Below, piece after piece: positions 16,813 to 24,740 of a stretch of DNA of 49,631 nucleotides. Source of the DNA: Parcubacteria group bacterium (GTDB taxonomy: Bacteria > Patescibacteriota > Minisyncoccia > JACQLN01); NCBI GenBank assembly GCA_016204035.1, contig JACQLN010000022.1, forward strand, positions 1 through 49,631, in the 5' to 3' direction. The notes beneath the pieces were generated by a model. It saw only the letters and a program-made list of their open reading frames with translations, had not been told where the DNA came from and ran no database searches. The position numbers were made by a program, and so were the translations under genes. The number at the start of each line of letters is the position of its first letter. Positions within the stretch are counted from its first letter, which is position 1.

Positions 16813-18702
16813 TTACCTGATGGTCAGACGCCATATTTCATGCGTCCCAACCACCATAAGGCCGATTTTATCTACAAACAGGTGCCGGCCGGTATGCACA
16901 AACCGAGCGGCATCAGGAAATTCTTTTTCCACGGCTAGCGTGTTGCCAAAAGATTTCACCCTGACGATACCGTCGTCGGTCGCGACCAAAAGAAAATCGT
17001 TGATGGCGCACTTTCCACGAATTTTTCCAAGCCAAGATCCGTCGTCAGCTTCGGTTTCGGCTTGGGCTTCAACAGTGCCGTCGTAACGGATAAGGAAACA
17101 GGAGTTTATCGTTTGGCCGCCCATGCGGCTGGAGATAATAAACCAAATCATGTCTTTGCCAAAAAGACAGGTGGAATCAATGAGCTGCCCTTTGAACGGC
17201 CTTAAAGTCAAATTGCTGTTGATGCCTTTTCTTTCGGTGTTAAAGATAAAACACTGGCTTAGACCGCCGGCCCGATAAAATCCAAAGCCGACTCGCGGCC
17301 CAACCCAAAACAAAGTTTGTTGGCGGAGCACATCGCCGACAATTTCATGAAAACCAACACCGAGTTTGCTGGTGCGTTTGATCTGGCCGTTGCCTACCCA
17401 AAAAACATTCCGTTCATTCGCATCAACCGCCGGCAACGACCCAAGAGCGTCCACGGCAATTGTTTGGGGCGTCTGTTCGCCAGCAGTGAACACAGAAGCG
17501 GTATTGCCGTTGGCGATCACCGTATCTGCAGAACGAATACGGAAACGGGCATAGGGATCCAGCGCACTAGCCGCAACAACTGAACCGTCTTCACGACGAT
17601 ATTCTTTGTCGTGATGGTAAAGCCATTTCAACGATCCTCCTTGGGAAACAGCGAAGATGACCTGGCCTTCGGTCCGGAAGATTCTTTCTCCAGAAACGGT
17701 TCCTGTGGACACGGCTGTCACCGCCTGTGGGATTATCACTTTGCATTTGGGACAGACGTTGCGAGCGTGAATAGTGCCGCAGGTGTTGCAGGTTGTCCAA
17801 CGAAGATCGTCAAGAAGTTGTCGGGGAATCGGCATCCTATAGTCTTTCTCAAAAACATCAAAGAAGTATTGCAAGAGGCCATCAGATAAAACACTGAAAT
17901 GGCGCGATGGTCTTGGGTAGCGCACTTCCGGATGAAACACGGTAATACGGTGAAGCGGCCGCACATTGTGAGCCACTTTTTTGGACTGATTTTTGGGCTT
18001 GTAAACCCCGCCGTAAGGTCCGCCCGAAATACAAAGCAGGGTCTGCATCAACATAACCGCAAACGCGTACCAATCCGACATTTCATTGTGGGGCTTGGAA
18101 AGCAGTATCCTATCCTGGTGCAATGCGCATAAGAGCGGATCCACGAATCTCTCCGTGAACACTCGACACAGAAATTGGCCGAACTGGCCGCTGTCCGCGT
18201 CAATAACATACACTTCCTTACCTTTCACAAGAATGTTTAAGTCGTTGGCATCGCCAAAGACATATCCTTTTTTGTGAGAACTGTGAAATATAGAGTAAAG
18301 ATTTCTGCAAACATCCGCCACAACATCGTCGGGAATTCCGCTTTCGCGGAAGTTAACTTCGCTGTACCGCAGGAGCACTTCCGCTCCCTTTACAAATACC
18401 ATGGTATAACCGACCACAGTACCATTGCGATCATACGCAAGTTCTTTTGGAACAATAACTTCTTCGGGGAGCCCGCTGGGAAAAGCCGGAAGTTTTCTTT
18501 GGTGTTCGGCAATCCGCTCCCGAGCCCCGTTTTGTTCGTGGGGCAAACCTATGTAGTCGGGATGGTCGGGCGGTTTGAAAATCTTTAACGCCGTTCCGCC
18601 GTCAATATCATAGACGTCGGCTTCGCCTCCTTTGCCAACTGACTTGTCGGGATCAAGCCGAAATCTTTTTTTGGCTGGACCGATAAAGACCTCGCTGATC
18701 AT
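16813..18702 (-). CDS. Ser/Thr protein kinase-like protein with Zn-ribbon and beta-rich C-terminal domain
   Basis: G-loop GKGGEADVY, Lys in ALKIFK, catalytic GDANDLNILV and VIDADSG. A CNTCG...CPKC Zn-ribbon follows, then ~300 aa of repeated beta-strand-like sequence. The start overlaps the PP2C stop (ATGA). Confidence 0.75.
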   Translation of the reverse strand: MISEVFIGPAKKRFRLDPDKSVGKGGEADVYDIDGGTALKIFKPPDHPDYIGLPHEQNGARERIAEHQRKLPAFPSGLPEEVIVPKELAYDRNGTVVGYTMVFVKGAEVLLRYSEVNFRESGIPDDVVADVCRNLYSIFHSSHKKGYVFGDANDLNILVKGKEVYVIDADSGQFGQFLCRVFTERFVDPLLCALHQDRILLSKPHNEMSDWYAFAVMLMQTLLCISGGPYGGVYKPKNQSKKVAHNVRPLHRITVFHPEVRYPRPSRHFSVLSDGLLQYFFDVFEKDYRMPIPRQLLDDLRWTTCNTCGTIHARNVCPKCKVIIPQAVTAVSTGTVSGERIFRTEGQVIFAVSQGGSLKWLYHHDKEYRREDGSVVAASALDPYARFRIRSADTVIANGNTASVFTAGEQTPQTIAVDALGSLPAVDANERNVFWVGNGQIKRTSKLGVGFHEIVGDVLRQQTLFWVGPRVGFGFYRAGGLSQCFIFNTERKGINSNLTLRPFKGQLIDSTCLFGKDMIWFIISSRMGGQTINSCFLIRYDGTVEAQAETEADDGSWLGKIRGKCAINDFLLVATDDGIVRVKSFGNTLAVEKEFPDAARFVHTGRHLFVDKIGLMVVGTHEIWRLTIR

Positions 18703-19571
18703 GGCCGCACCTCTTTTTTCCAGTCGGGATCGCGCCTGATGACAACCAAAGTTGTATCGTCAGCCAAAAGACCGTTGGTTACCCGTGCTTTGTTTCCGGC
18801 AACAACTTCGGCACCCTCTTTGCCTATAAGCGCCAGTCGCCGCCGAACGGCATCGCTGTTGGTAAAATAATGGTCGTCGGTCCAAAACTGGCTTATACTT
18901 CCGACCACTTCCTCGCGGTGCGGCAGATTTTTGTCGGCCAACGCAATCAAATCAAGAACGCCGTCACATCCCAAGATCAAACTTTCCAGTTCGTCTATTA
19001 GGATAATCCGATTCACTTGAATCTTAAGAAGTTCCGGCTGATCAACCGTTAACGATGAACCGGTGAGGTTGTAGGCAAGATACGACGGGGCATTGTTGGG
19101 AAATGGTCCGAGTTGGATTATTTCTCCGTTCAGCACAAAAACCCCATCCCCAAGGGAAAACAAAAACACATCCCAAGGGGTGATAAGCGCGCCCACCAGC
19201 GTGAACAGAAAATAGTCGTTGATCGTTTTGGAAAAACTCTCTCCCATTGACGATGCCAAAACAGCAATCTGACTCAGGATAAGAGTTTTTACACGTTCCC
19301 AATCAATCCCAACTTCTTTTTCGGGTTGGGATAAAAGTTGTCCGACATACCGTTCTCCAGCTTCGGCTATAAACTGAACCACGAGCCGTGCCGATATTTT
19401 AGCGCCCACTTCGCTGTGGGCGCCACTGCCACAACCATCGCAAACCACCGCTGCCAGACAATTATCCGTCTGACGCCAGTGAAAAGCGTCTTGATTGTTG
19501 GTCCAACCGGGTTTTCCGGGTTTGGTATGTTCACTGCCCGGCACAGAGCCGCCGGCGATCTGAAACTCCAT
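18699..19571 (-). CDS. PP2C-family Ser/Thr protein phosphatase
   Basis: QDAF...AVVCDGCGSG and LGCDGV are metal-binding motifs of PP2C-like phosphatases. SD GGAGGTGG. Confidence 0.8.
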   Translation of the reverse strand: MEFQIAGGSVPGSEHTKPGKPGWTNNQDAFHWRQTDNCLAAVVCDGCGSGAHSEVGAKISARLVVQFIAEAGERYVGQLLSQPEKEVGIDWERVKTLILSQIAVLASSMGESFSKTINDYFLFTLVGALITPWDVFLFSLGDGVFVLNGEIIQLGPFPNNAPSYLAYNLTGSSLTVDQPELLKIQVNRIILIDELESLILGCDGVLDLIALADKNLPHREEVVGSISQFWTDDHYFTNSDAVRRRLALIGKEGAEVVAGNKARVTNGLLADDTTLVVIRRDPDWKKEVRP

Positions 19572-19695
19572 AATCCACCTCCTTTATCAGGAAAAGACTG
19601 TTTTTAAGCGTAATTATTGTAATTTATTAAAGATCTATCATGGTAATGTCTGACATTACTCTGAAACCAGATAATAACTAACCATTCCTTATGTT

Positions 19696-19709
19696 GTCAA
19701 TATATTGAC
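19696..19709. promoter_or_regulatory. perfect 14-bp palindrome GTCAATATATTGAC in a divergent promoter region
   Basis: Lies in the AT-rich 207-bp spacer between the PP2C operon and the NaPRTase gene. Confidence 0.35.
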
Positions 19710-19778
19710 TATTTAATACTAATTATATATTATATAGATTCTCTGCACATTAACAAACATCAAGAAAAGGAGGGAGAA

Positions 19779-21077
19779 ATGGATCCGAAAGACCTAGCCG
19801 AGCGTTTGCGCGCAAGTTGGGCGGAATTCAACCCGCCGGTGCGTTCGCTTTTGGATGCGGATTTTTACAAATTCACCATGGGGCAGTTTATTCACCACTA
19901 TTTTCCAGACACGGAAGTCACTTTTAAGCTTATCGTGCGGGATCCCAAGATACCGATAAGCGAATTTGTGAACGAAGAAGAATTAAGACGGTGTCTGGAT
20001 TACGCTATGGGCTTGCGATTTTCACCGGCCGAACTTGATTTCCTTAAAGGGATCAATCTCTACAAAAAGGGTATGTTCAAAGATCGCTATATGGCTTTTT
20101 TGGAAAAGTTCCGTCTGTCGCCCTACCAATTGAAAAAGGCAGATGGAGCGATTGAGCTTGTTTTTTGTGGACGCTGGACCAGGGTATCTTTATGGGAAAC
20201 TATCGCTCTAGCCATCATCAGCGAGCTTTATTATCGGGGAGTCCTGCGAAACACGCCGCAACCCGATCTTGAAAAAATATATCAAAGAGCCGAGGCAAAG
20301 ATAGTTCGCAAAATTGAGACATTGGCGGCGCAGCCGCGCGTTTCGTTGGCCGATTTCGGCCAACGGCGGCGGCACAGTTTTTTGTGGCAGGAGTTTGTGG
20401 TTGGGCTGTGCCGGAATATGTTAGGTAAAAATTTTACCGGAACCTCCAATACCTGGATGGCCATGCACCACAACTTGCCGGCCATAGGCACTATCGCCCA
20501 CGAACCGGCGATGGTGTTGACCGCTCTGGCCAATTCCGATGAAAGAATGCGCCAGGCGCAGTATCATCTGTTGGAACTTTGGCAGGAAATCTATGGCCAA
20601 GGTCTGCGCGTTTTTCTGCCCGACACCTATGGTTCAGAACAGTTTTTTGCCGGAGCTCCGGAATGGCTGAAAAATTGGACGGGGCAACGGCAGGATTCGG
20701 GCGATCCCAAAGCCGAGGGTGAAAGGTATTGCCAGTGGCTTAAAGAGCACGGCGTTGACCCAACCGAACGGCTAACCATTTTTTCGGACGGTCTGGACGT
20801 AGAGCCGATGGTTGAAATCGGATCTTGTTTTGAAGGCAGGCATCAGCATGCGTTTGGCTGGGGCACACTGCTTACCAACGATTTTGCCGGCTGCGATCCC
20901 AACAACTCCAACCTTAGGCCTTTCTCGATGGTTTGCAAGGTTGTGGCGGTTCACGGCCGATCTTGCGTCAAACTTTCCAATAATCCCGGCAAAGCCACCG
21001 GGCCGAAAGAAGAAGTTGAGCGATATTTGAAAGTTTTTGGCGACAAGGGACGCAAGAATCAGACTGTTGTGGTTTAG
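19779..21077 (+). CDS. pncB: nicotinate phosphoribosyltransferase
   Basis: N-terminal LLDADFYKFTMGQ and overall PncB-like length and layout (432 aa). SD AAAGGAGGG. Confidence 0.8.
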   Translation: MDPKDLAERLRASWAEFNPPVRSLLDADFYKFTMGQFIHHYFPDTEVTFKLIVRDPKIPISEFVNEEELRRCLDYAMGLRFSPAELDFLKGINLYKKGMFKDRYMAFLEKFRLSPYQLKKADGAIELVFCGRWTRVSLWETIALAIISELYYRGVLRNTPQPDLEKIYQRAEAKIVRKIETLAAQPRVSLADFGQRRRHSFLWQEFVVGLCRNMLGKNFTGTSNTWMAMHHNLPAIGTIAHEPAMVLTALANSDERMRQAQYHLLELWQEIYGQGLRVFLPDTYGSEQFFAGAPEWLKNWTGQRQDSGDPKAEGERYCQWLKEHGVDPTERLTIFSDGLDVEPMVEIGSCFEGRHQHAFGWGTLLTNDFAGCDPNNSNLRPFSMVCKVVAVHGRSCVKLSNNPGKATGPKEEVERYLKVFGDKGRKNQTVVV

Positions 21078-21097
21078 TGTAGTACTTTTTGAAACCC

Positions 21098-21128
21098 AAG
21101 CGGCCGCATTGCACGCGGCCGCTTTTTT
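21098..21128 (+). terminator. rho-independent terminator after pncB
   Basis: AAGCGGCCGC-ATTGCAC-GCGGCCGCTT followed by TTTT. Confidence 0.75.
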
Positions 21129-21207
21129 ATTCACTTAAAAAACATTATATGGTATAGTTAGATTAGTTCTTTTTAACGGTAAAAACACCTAACTCAAGGA
21201 GGGTGGT

Positions 21208-21705
21208 ATGAGATTTATTGTCCCGATTTTTACGCTTTTACTTATGATTCTGGCCGGCTGCGGGGAAAATAGTTCCCCAGTCGCAAGTGTGGAAGGTTAT
21301 CAACCACAGATTGTCTACCCAGCCGCGAAAATCGCATCTCACGACAGGGCTATGCGAGAATTTTGGAGAGCATACGATCAAGCCAAGGAAGTTCTAAGGG
21401 ATCTCAAACGTTATATCCCCAAAGGCACACCCAGAGACCCAGAAGGTGAAAGGCATGACACTAACATTAGGAAACTACGAAAGGATTTGGACCAAGCTAA
21501 CAGGCGTCTAGACCGAGCCTTCAGGAACGTGAGAAATGATGCCAGCGCCCGGGCGGCTATGGCATCGTTTGGAGAATACATGGGGAGTGTGTTGGCTAGA
21601 CTACCAAAAAATGTCTATCTTCTTATTGTGATCAATCCGTGCGACCTGCCCTGGATCGGCGAGTATCTTTGCCCGTACATGCCAGGACAAGGTATCTCCG
21701 CCTAG
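21208..21705 (+). CDS. hypothetical lipoprotein
   Basis: Signal peptide with lipobox LLMILAGC. SD AAGGAGGG. No family recognised. Confidence 0.55.
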   Translation: MRFIVPIFTLLLMILAGCGENSSPVASVEGYQPQIVYPAAKIASHDRAMREFWRAYDQAKEVLRDLKRYIPKGTPRDPEGERHDTNIRKLRKDLDQANRRLDRAFRNVRNDASARAAMASFGEYMGSVLARLPKNVYLLIVINPCDLPWIGEYLCPYMPGQGISA

Positions 21706-21713
21706 CGAAGAAA

Positions 21714-21745
21714 ACCGTCTCGACAAATACCGAGGCGGTTTTTTA
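21714..21745. terminator. bidirectional hairpin terminator overlapping the dnaX stop
   Basis: ACCGTCTCG-ACAAATAC-CGAGGCGGT followed by TTTTTT. Confidence 0.55.
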
Positions 21746-23311
21746 TTTCTCCAAAACACAACTTAGGACGAGGCGGAGGCCGACAACTTTATGGACGGCG
21801 TCTTCTATTATTTTTTTATTTTTAAGATCGCTTAAACGGTCGCGGTGGAAAGAATATTTAGTGGTTAAAATCAGCGAGCTCGCGGTGGCTTCTTTGGGTT
21901 TCATACCCAATAAAAAACCGGAAAGAGAATGGTTGTGCGGTTGGACTTCTTTGATTATTTCGGCCCATTTGGATTGAATCAGGTCAAGGGTATTTGAATC
22001 GGGCGATATTGCCACCGGTTTAGAAACATTAGAATTTTGAATTTGTTTAGAAATTAGTAATTTGTCATTAGAAATTTTTATAGCGGAATCTTCAACTAGA
22101 TTAGAATCAATAGTTGGGGTTGGTCTATACGATAATAAGTTTATCAGCGCCACTTCCACCGCCATCTGCGGCAGGGGATAATAGTCTAATTTTTTTTTGG
22201 CTTCGGAAAAACCGGAGATCAAAGAAACTACAAAAGGGGTAGAAAATTTTTGGACTTGACTGGCCATGATTTTATAATCTTCCTCGGCTAGTTCGTTTTT
22301 AATTTTTAGAGCGAGATCGGGCGATAAACTCACCAGCATCATTTTTCTTAAGTAATGATTGAGCGATTTTAAAAATTGGTTGACATCGTAACCATGCTCC
22401 ACGGTTTTATGCAGCCAGGTTAAAGCTCCGACTGAATCTTGGGCGGCTAAAAAACCCACAAACTCTTTAATCTTGCGGTTGGAAAACAAACCTAAAACCT
22501 CTTCGGTTTGGTCCAAGGTAATTTTATTTTCCCCAATGGCAATAACCTGTCCCAGCATACCCTCGGCGTCGCGCGCCGAACCGTCGGCCTCGTGAGCTAT
22601 TAAACGTAGGGCTTCGGGTTCAATTTGAATGTTTTCTTTATTGGAAACAATTTTGAGCCGATGTTCCAGTTCGGGCGCCGAAAGGCGTTTGAAATCAAAT
22701 CTTTGGGTGCGCGAAATAATGGTGGCCGGCAAACGGTGGGCTTCGGTGGTGGCTAAAATAAAAATAGCGTGCGCCGGCGGTTCCTCCAAAGTTTTTAGAA
22801 AAGCGTTGAAGGCCTCTTTGGTCAACATGTGGGCTTCGTCTATTAAATAAACCTTGTATCGGCCGCTAGAGGGTCCAAAACGCACATTTTCGCGCAGGTT
22901 TTTGATTTCATCTATGCCGCGGTTGGAAGCCGCGTCTATTTCTATTAAGTCCAGCGACCGACCGGCATTAAATTCTAAGCAATTGGCGCAGGAATTACAC
23001 GGAACATCCTGTTCGCCTTCGCCAACCTGCGCTTCGCCGATGGCTTCGGCAAGGCGAGGGCTTCGGCGGACGCTCAATTTATCAACAGAATTCATTTCTT
23101 GAATTCTGGATAAATTGGCGCAGTTGGCCGATTTGGAAAGTATTCGCGCGATGGTGGTTTTACCGCTGCCTCTGGGACCCGCCAAAAGATAAGCATGGGC
23201 GATTTTATTTTGCGCCAAAGAGTTTTGCAGGGTTTTAACCACATGTTCCTGCCCCACGATTTCAGCGAAGGTTTGAGGCCGGTATTTTCTGTATAAGACT
23301 AGATGATCCAT
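21743..23311 (-). CDS. dnaX: DNA polymerase III subunit gamma/tau
   Basis: Walker A GPRGSGKTT, Walker B YLIDEAHML, sensor SRTQRF and Zn module C..CNSCANC. Confidence 0.9.
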   Translation of the reverse strand: MDHLVLYRKYRPQTFAEIVGQEHVVKTLQNSLAQNKIAHAYLLAGPRGSGKTTIARILSKSANCANLSRIQEMNSVDKLSVRRSPRLAEAIGEAQVGEGEQDVPCNSCANCLEFNAGRSLDLIEIDAASNRGIDEIKNLRENVRFGPSSGRYKVYLIDEAHMLTKEAFNAFLKTLEEPPAHAIFILATTEAHRLPATIISRTQRFDFKRLSAPELEHRLKIVSNKENIQIEPEALRLIAHEADGSARDAEGMLGQVIAIGENKITLDQTEEVLGLFSNRKIKEFVGFLAAQDSVGALTWLHKTVEHGYDVNQFLKSLNHYLRKMMLVSLSPDLALKIKNELAEEDYKIMASQVQKFSTPFVVSLISGFSEAKKKLDYYPLPQMAVEVALINLLSYRPTPTIDSNLVEDSAIKISNDKLLISKQIQNSNVSKPVAISPDSNTLDLIQSKWAEIIKEVQPHNHSLSGFLLGMKPKEATASSLILTTKYSFHRDRLSDLKNKKIIEDAVHKVVGLRLVLSCVLEK

Positions 23312-23518
23312 ATTAAATAAAACTATCCGAGAAATATCATTCCTCTTTCGTTAAAGAGAAAATACCGGCCTCGTCGAAAGGGGTCGGGGAAACTGTAGTT
23401 TCCCCGCGGAGGAAAATAGCGAGCGAAGCGAGCGCTAGAAACCGTGGGTTTCTAGGGAGCGCCAGCGACGCTGGCGCGACGGGACGATATTTTCTGTATA
23501 AGACTAGATGATCCATAT
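23283..23518. repeat. 31-nt direct duplication of the dnaX 5' end flanking a multi-hairpin insert
   Basis: TATTTTCTGTATAAGACTAGATGATCCATAT occurs at 23283..23313 and 23488..23518. Between the copies are perfect hairpins GGGGAAACT/AGTTTCCCC, CTAGAAACC/GGTTTCTAG and GCGCCAG/CTGGCGC. Confidence 0.7.
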
Positions 23519-23552
23519 GAGTAAAATATAGCATGGTATAATTTATGTATCT

Positions 23553-24722
23553 ATGGACAGTAAAAAAGGACTGATCACTTACGCCGGGTTATTTTTTGTT
23601 TTGATCACGGCCGGTTTTTGGTTTCTAAACATCCAAAACAGCTTTAGTGTTGTTTCCAGCACCGCCCAGAACGTTATAGAAAAAATAAACCAACCGTCTT
23701 ACGCCCAAAAATTAGCCAACCCGCCGCATCCCATCAAAGGCATATATATTTCGGCTTGGACGGCTAATAATCCCCAAAAAATAAAAGATTTAATCCAGTT
23801 GGTCAAAGAAACAGAACTCAACGGCGTGGTGGTGGATGTAAAAGACGCCACCGGATTTTTTACTTACAAAGTTGACCTCTCCCTCGCCGAAAAAACCGGC
23901 GCCAACAGCCACATCAAAATCCGCGATATAGATAAGTTTATAGATCAATTCCATAAAGAAAATATATATGTTATCGGCCGAGTGCAAATTTTTCAAGATC
24001 CGGTTTTAGCCCAAGCCAGGCCGGATATTGCCATTAAAGATTCTAAAACCGGCCAGCTCTGGAAAGATAATAAGAGTTTGGAGTGGATTGATCCGGCCAG
24101 CCGCATTGCCTGGCAGTACGCCGCCGATATTGCCAAAGACATGGCCGGGCACGGTTTTGACGAAGTTAATTTTGATTACGTGCGCTTTCCGGCCGACGGC
24201 GTCATAGAACGTTTAGATTTTCCTTTTTGGGATGCCATCCGCCCTAAATATGAACTCATTAGCACTTTTTTCGCCTACTTAAACCAAGATCTTAAAAACA
24301 CGCCTATAGCCACCTCGGCCGATATTTTTGGCCTGGCGGCCTGGCGGGCTATGGATTTTACGTTTGATCTTAATATCGGCCAGCGGTTGATAGACGCTCT
24401 GCCTTATTTTGATTACGTTTCACCGATGGTTTACCCTTCGCATTATCCCAATAATTTTAACGGCATTAAAAAACCGGCCGCCAAGCCCTACGAAATAGTT
24501 TACGGTTCGTTAAGAACCTGGCAGGATCTTAAAGCCACCACTTCTTATAAAGCCGTTTTGCGGCCATGGCTTCAAGATTTTGATTTAGGCGGCGTAAAAT
24601 ACGACTCCACCAAAGTCCGCGCCCAAATAAAAGCGGCCTACGACACCGGCATAGACAGCTGGCTTCTATGGAATTCATCTAACCGCTATACCCGCGCCGC
24701 CCTTTTGCCCGAACAGCCCTAA
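23553..24722 (+). CDS. putative glycoside hydrolase-like TIM-barrel protein (DUF4015-like)
   Basis: N-terminal TM segment. IKGIYISAW...LNGVVVDVKD...FDEVNFDYVRFP resembles the GHL/DUF4015 family. Confidence 0.55.
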   Translation: MDSKKGLITYAGLFFVLITAGFWFLNIQNSFSVVSSTAQNVIEKINQPSYAQKLANPPHPIKGIYISAWTANNPQKIKDLIQLVKETELNGVVVDVKDATGFFTYKVDLSLAEKTGANSHIKIRDIDKFIDQFHKENIYVIGRVQIFQDPVLAQARPDIAIKDSKTGQLWKDNKSLEWIDPASRIAWQYAADIAKDMAGHGFDEVNFDYVRFPADGVIERLDFPFWDAIRPKYELISTFFAYLNQDLKNTPIATSADIFGLAAWRAMDFTFDLNIGQRLIDALPYFDYVSPMVYPSHYPNNFNGIKKPAAKPYEIVYGSLRTWQDLKATTSYKAVLRPWLQDFDLGGVKYDSTKVRAQIKAAYDTGIDSWLLWNSSNRYTRAALLPEQP

Positions 24723-24740
24723 ATATGCTAAGATTTTAAT

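Noticed and set aside
14844-18588. Many long plus-strand ORFs (for example 15912..16820 at 302 aa, 15266..15649, 14867..15226 and 18274..18588) opposite the vWA, amidase, kinase and PP2C genes.
   Set aside because: They lie antisense to genes with clear domain motifs and SD-preceded starts. Their translations are Arg/Pro/Ala/Gly-rich low-complexity sequence without motifs. This is typical shadow-ORF behaviour in GC-rich DNA.
14817-21745. The island considered as a prophage, ICE or transposon.
   Set aside because: I recognised no integrase, recombinase, transposase, phage structural gene, terminal inverted repeat or flanking direct repeat. Only compositional and SD evidence supports foreign origin.
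23337-23534. A 65-aa minus-strand ORF upstream of dnaX, considered as an independent gene.
   Set aside because: Its N-terminus is the duplicated dnaX start, and the rest is a read-through of the hairpin insert. It is treated as a by-product of the duplication (possible uORF), not as a protein family.
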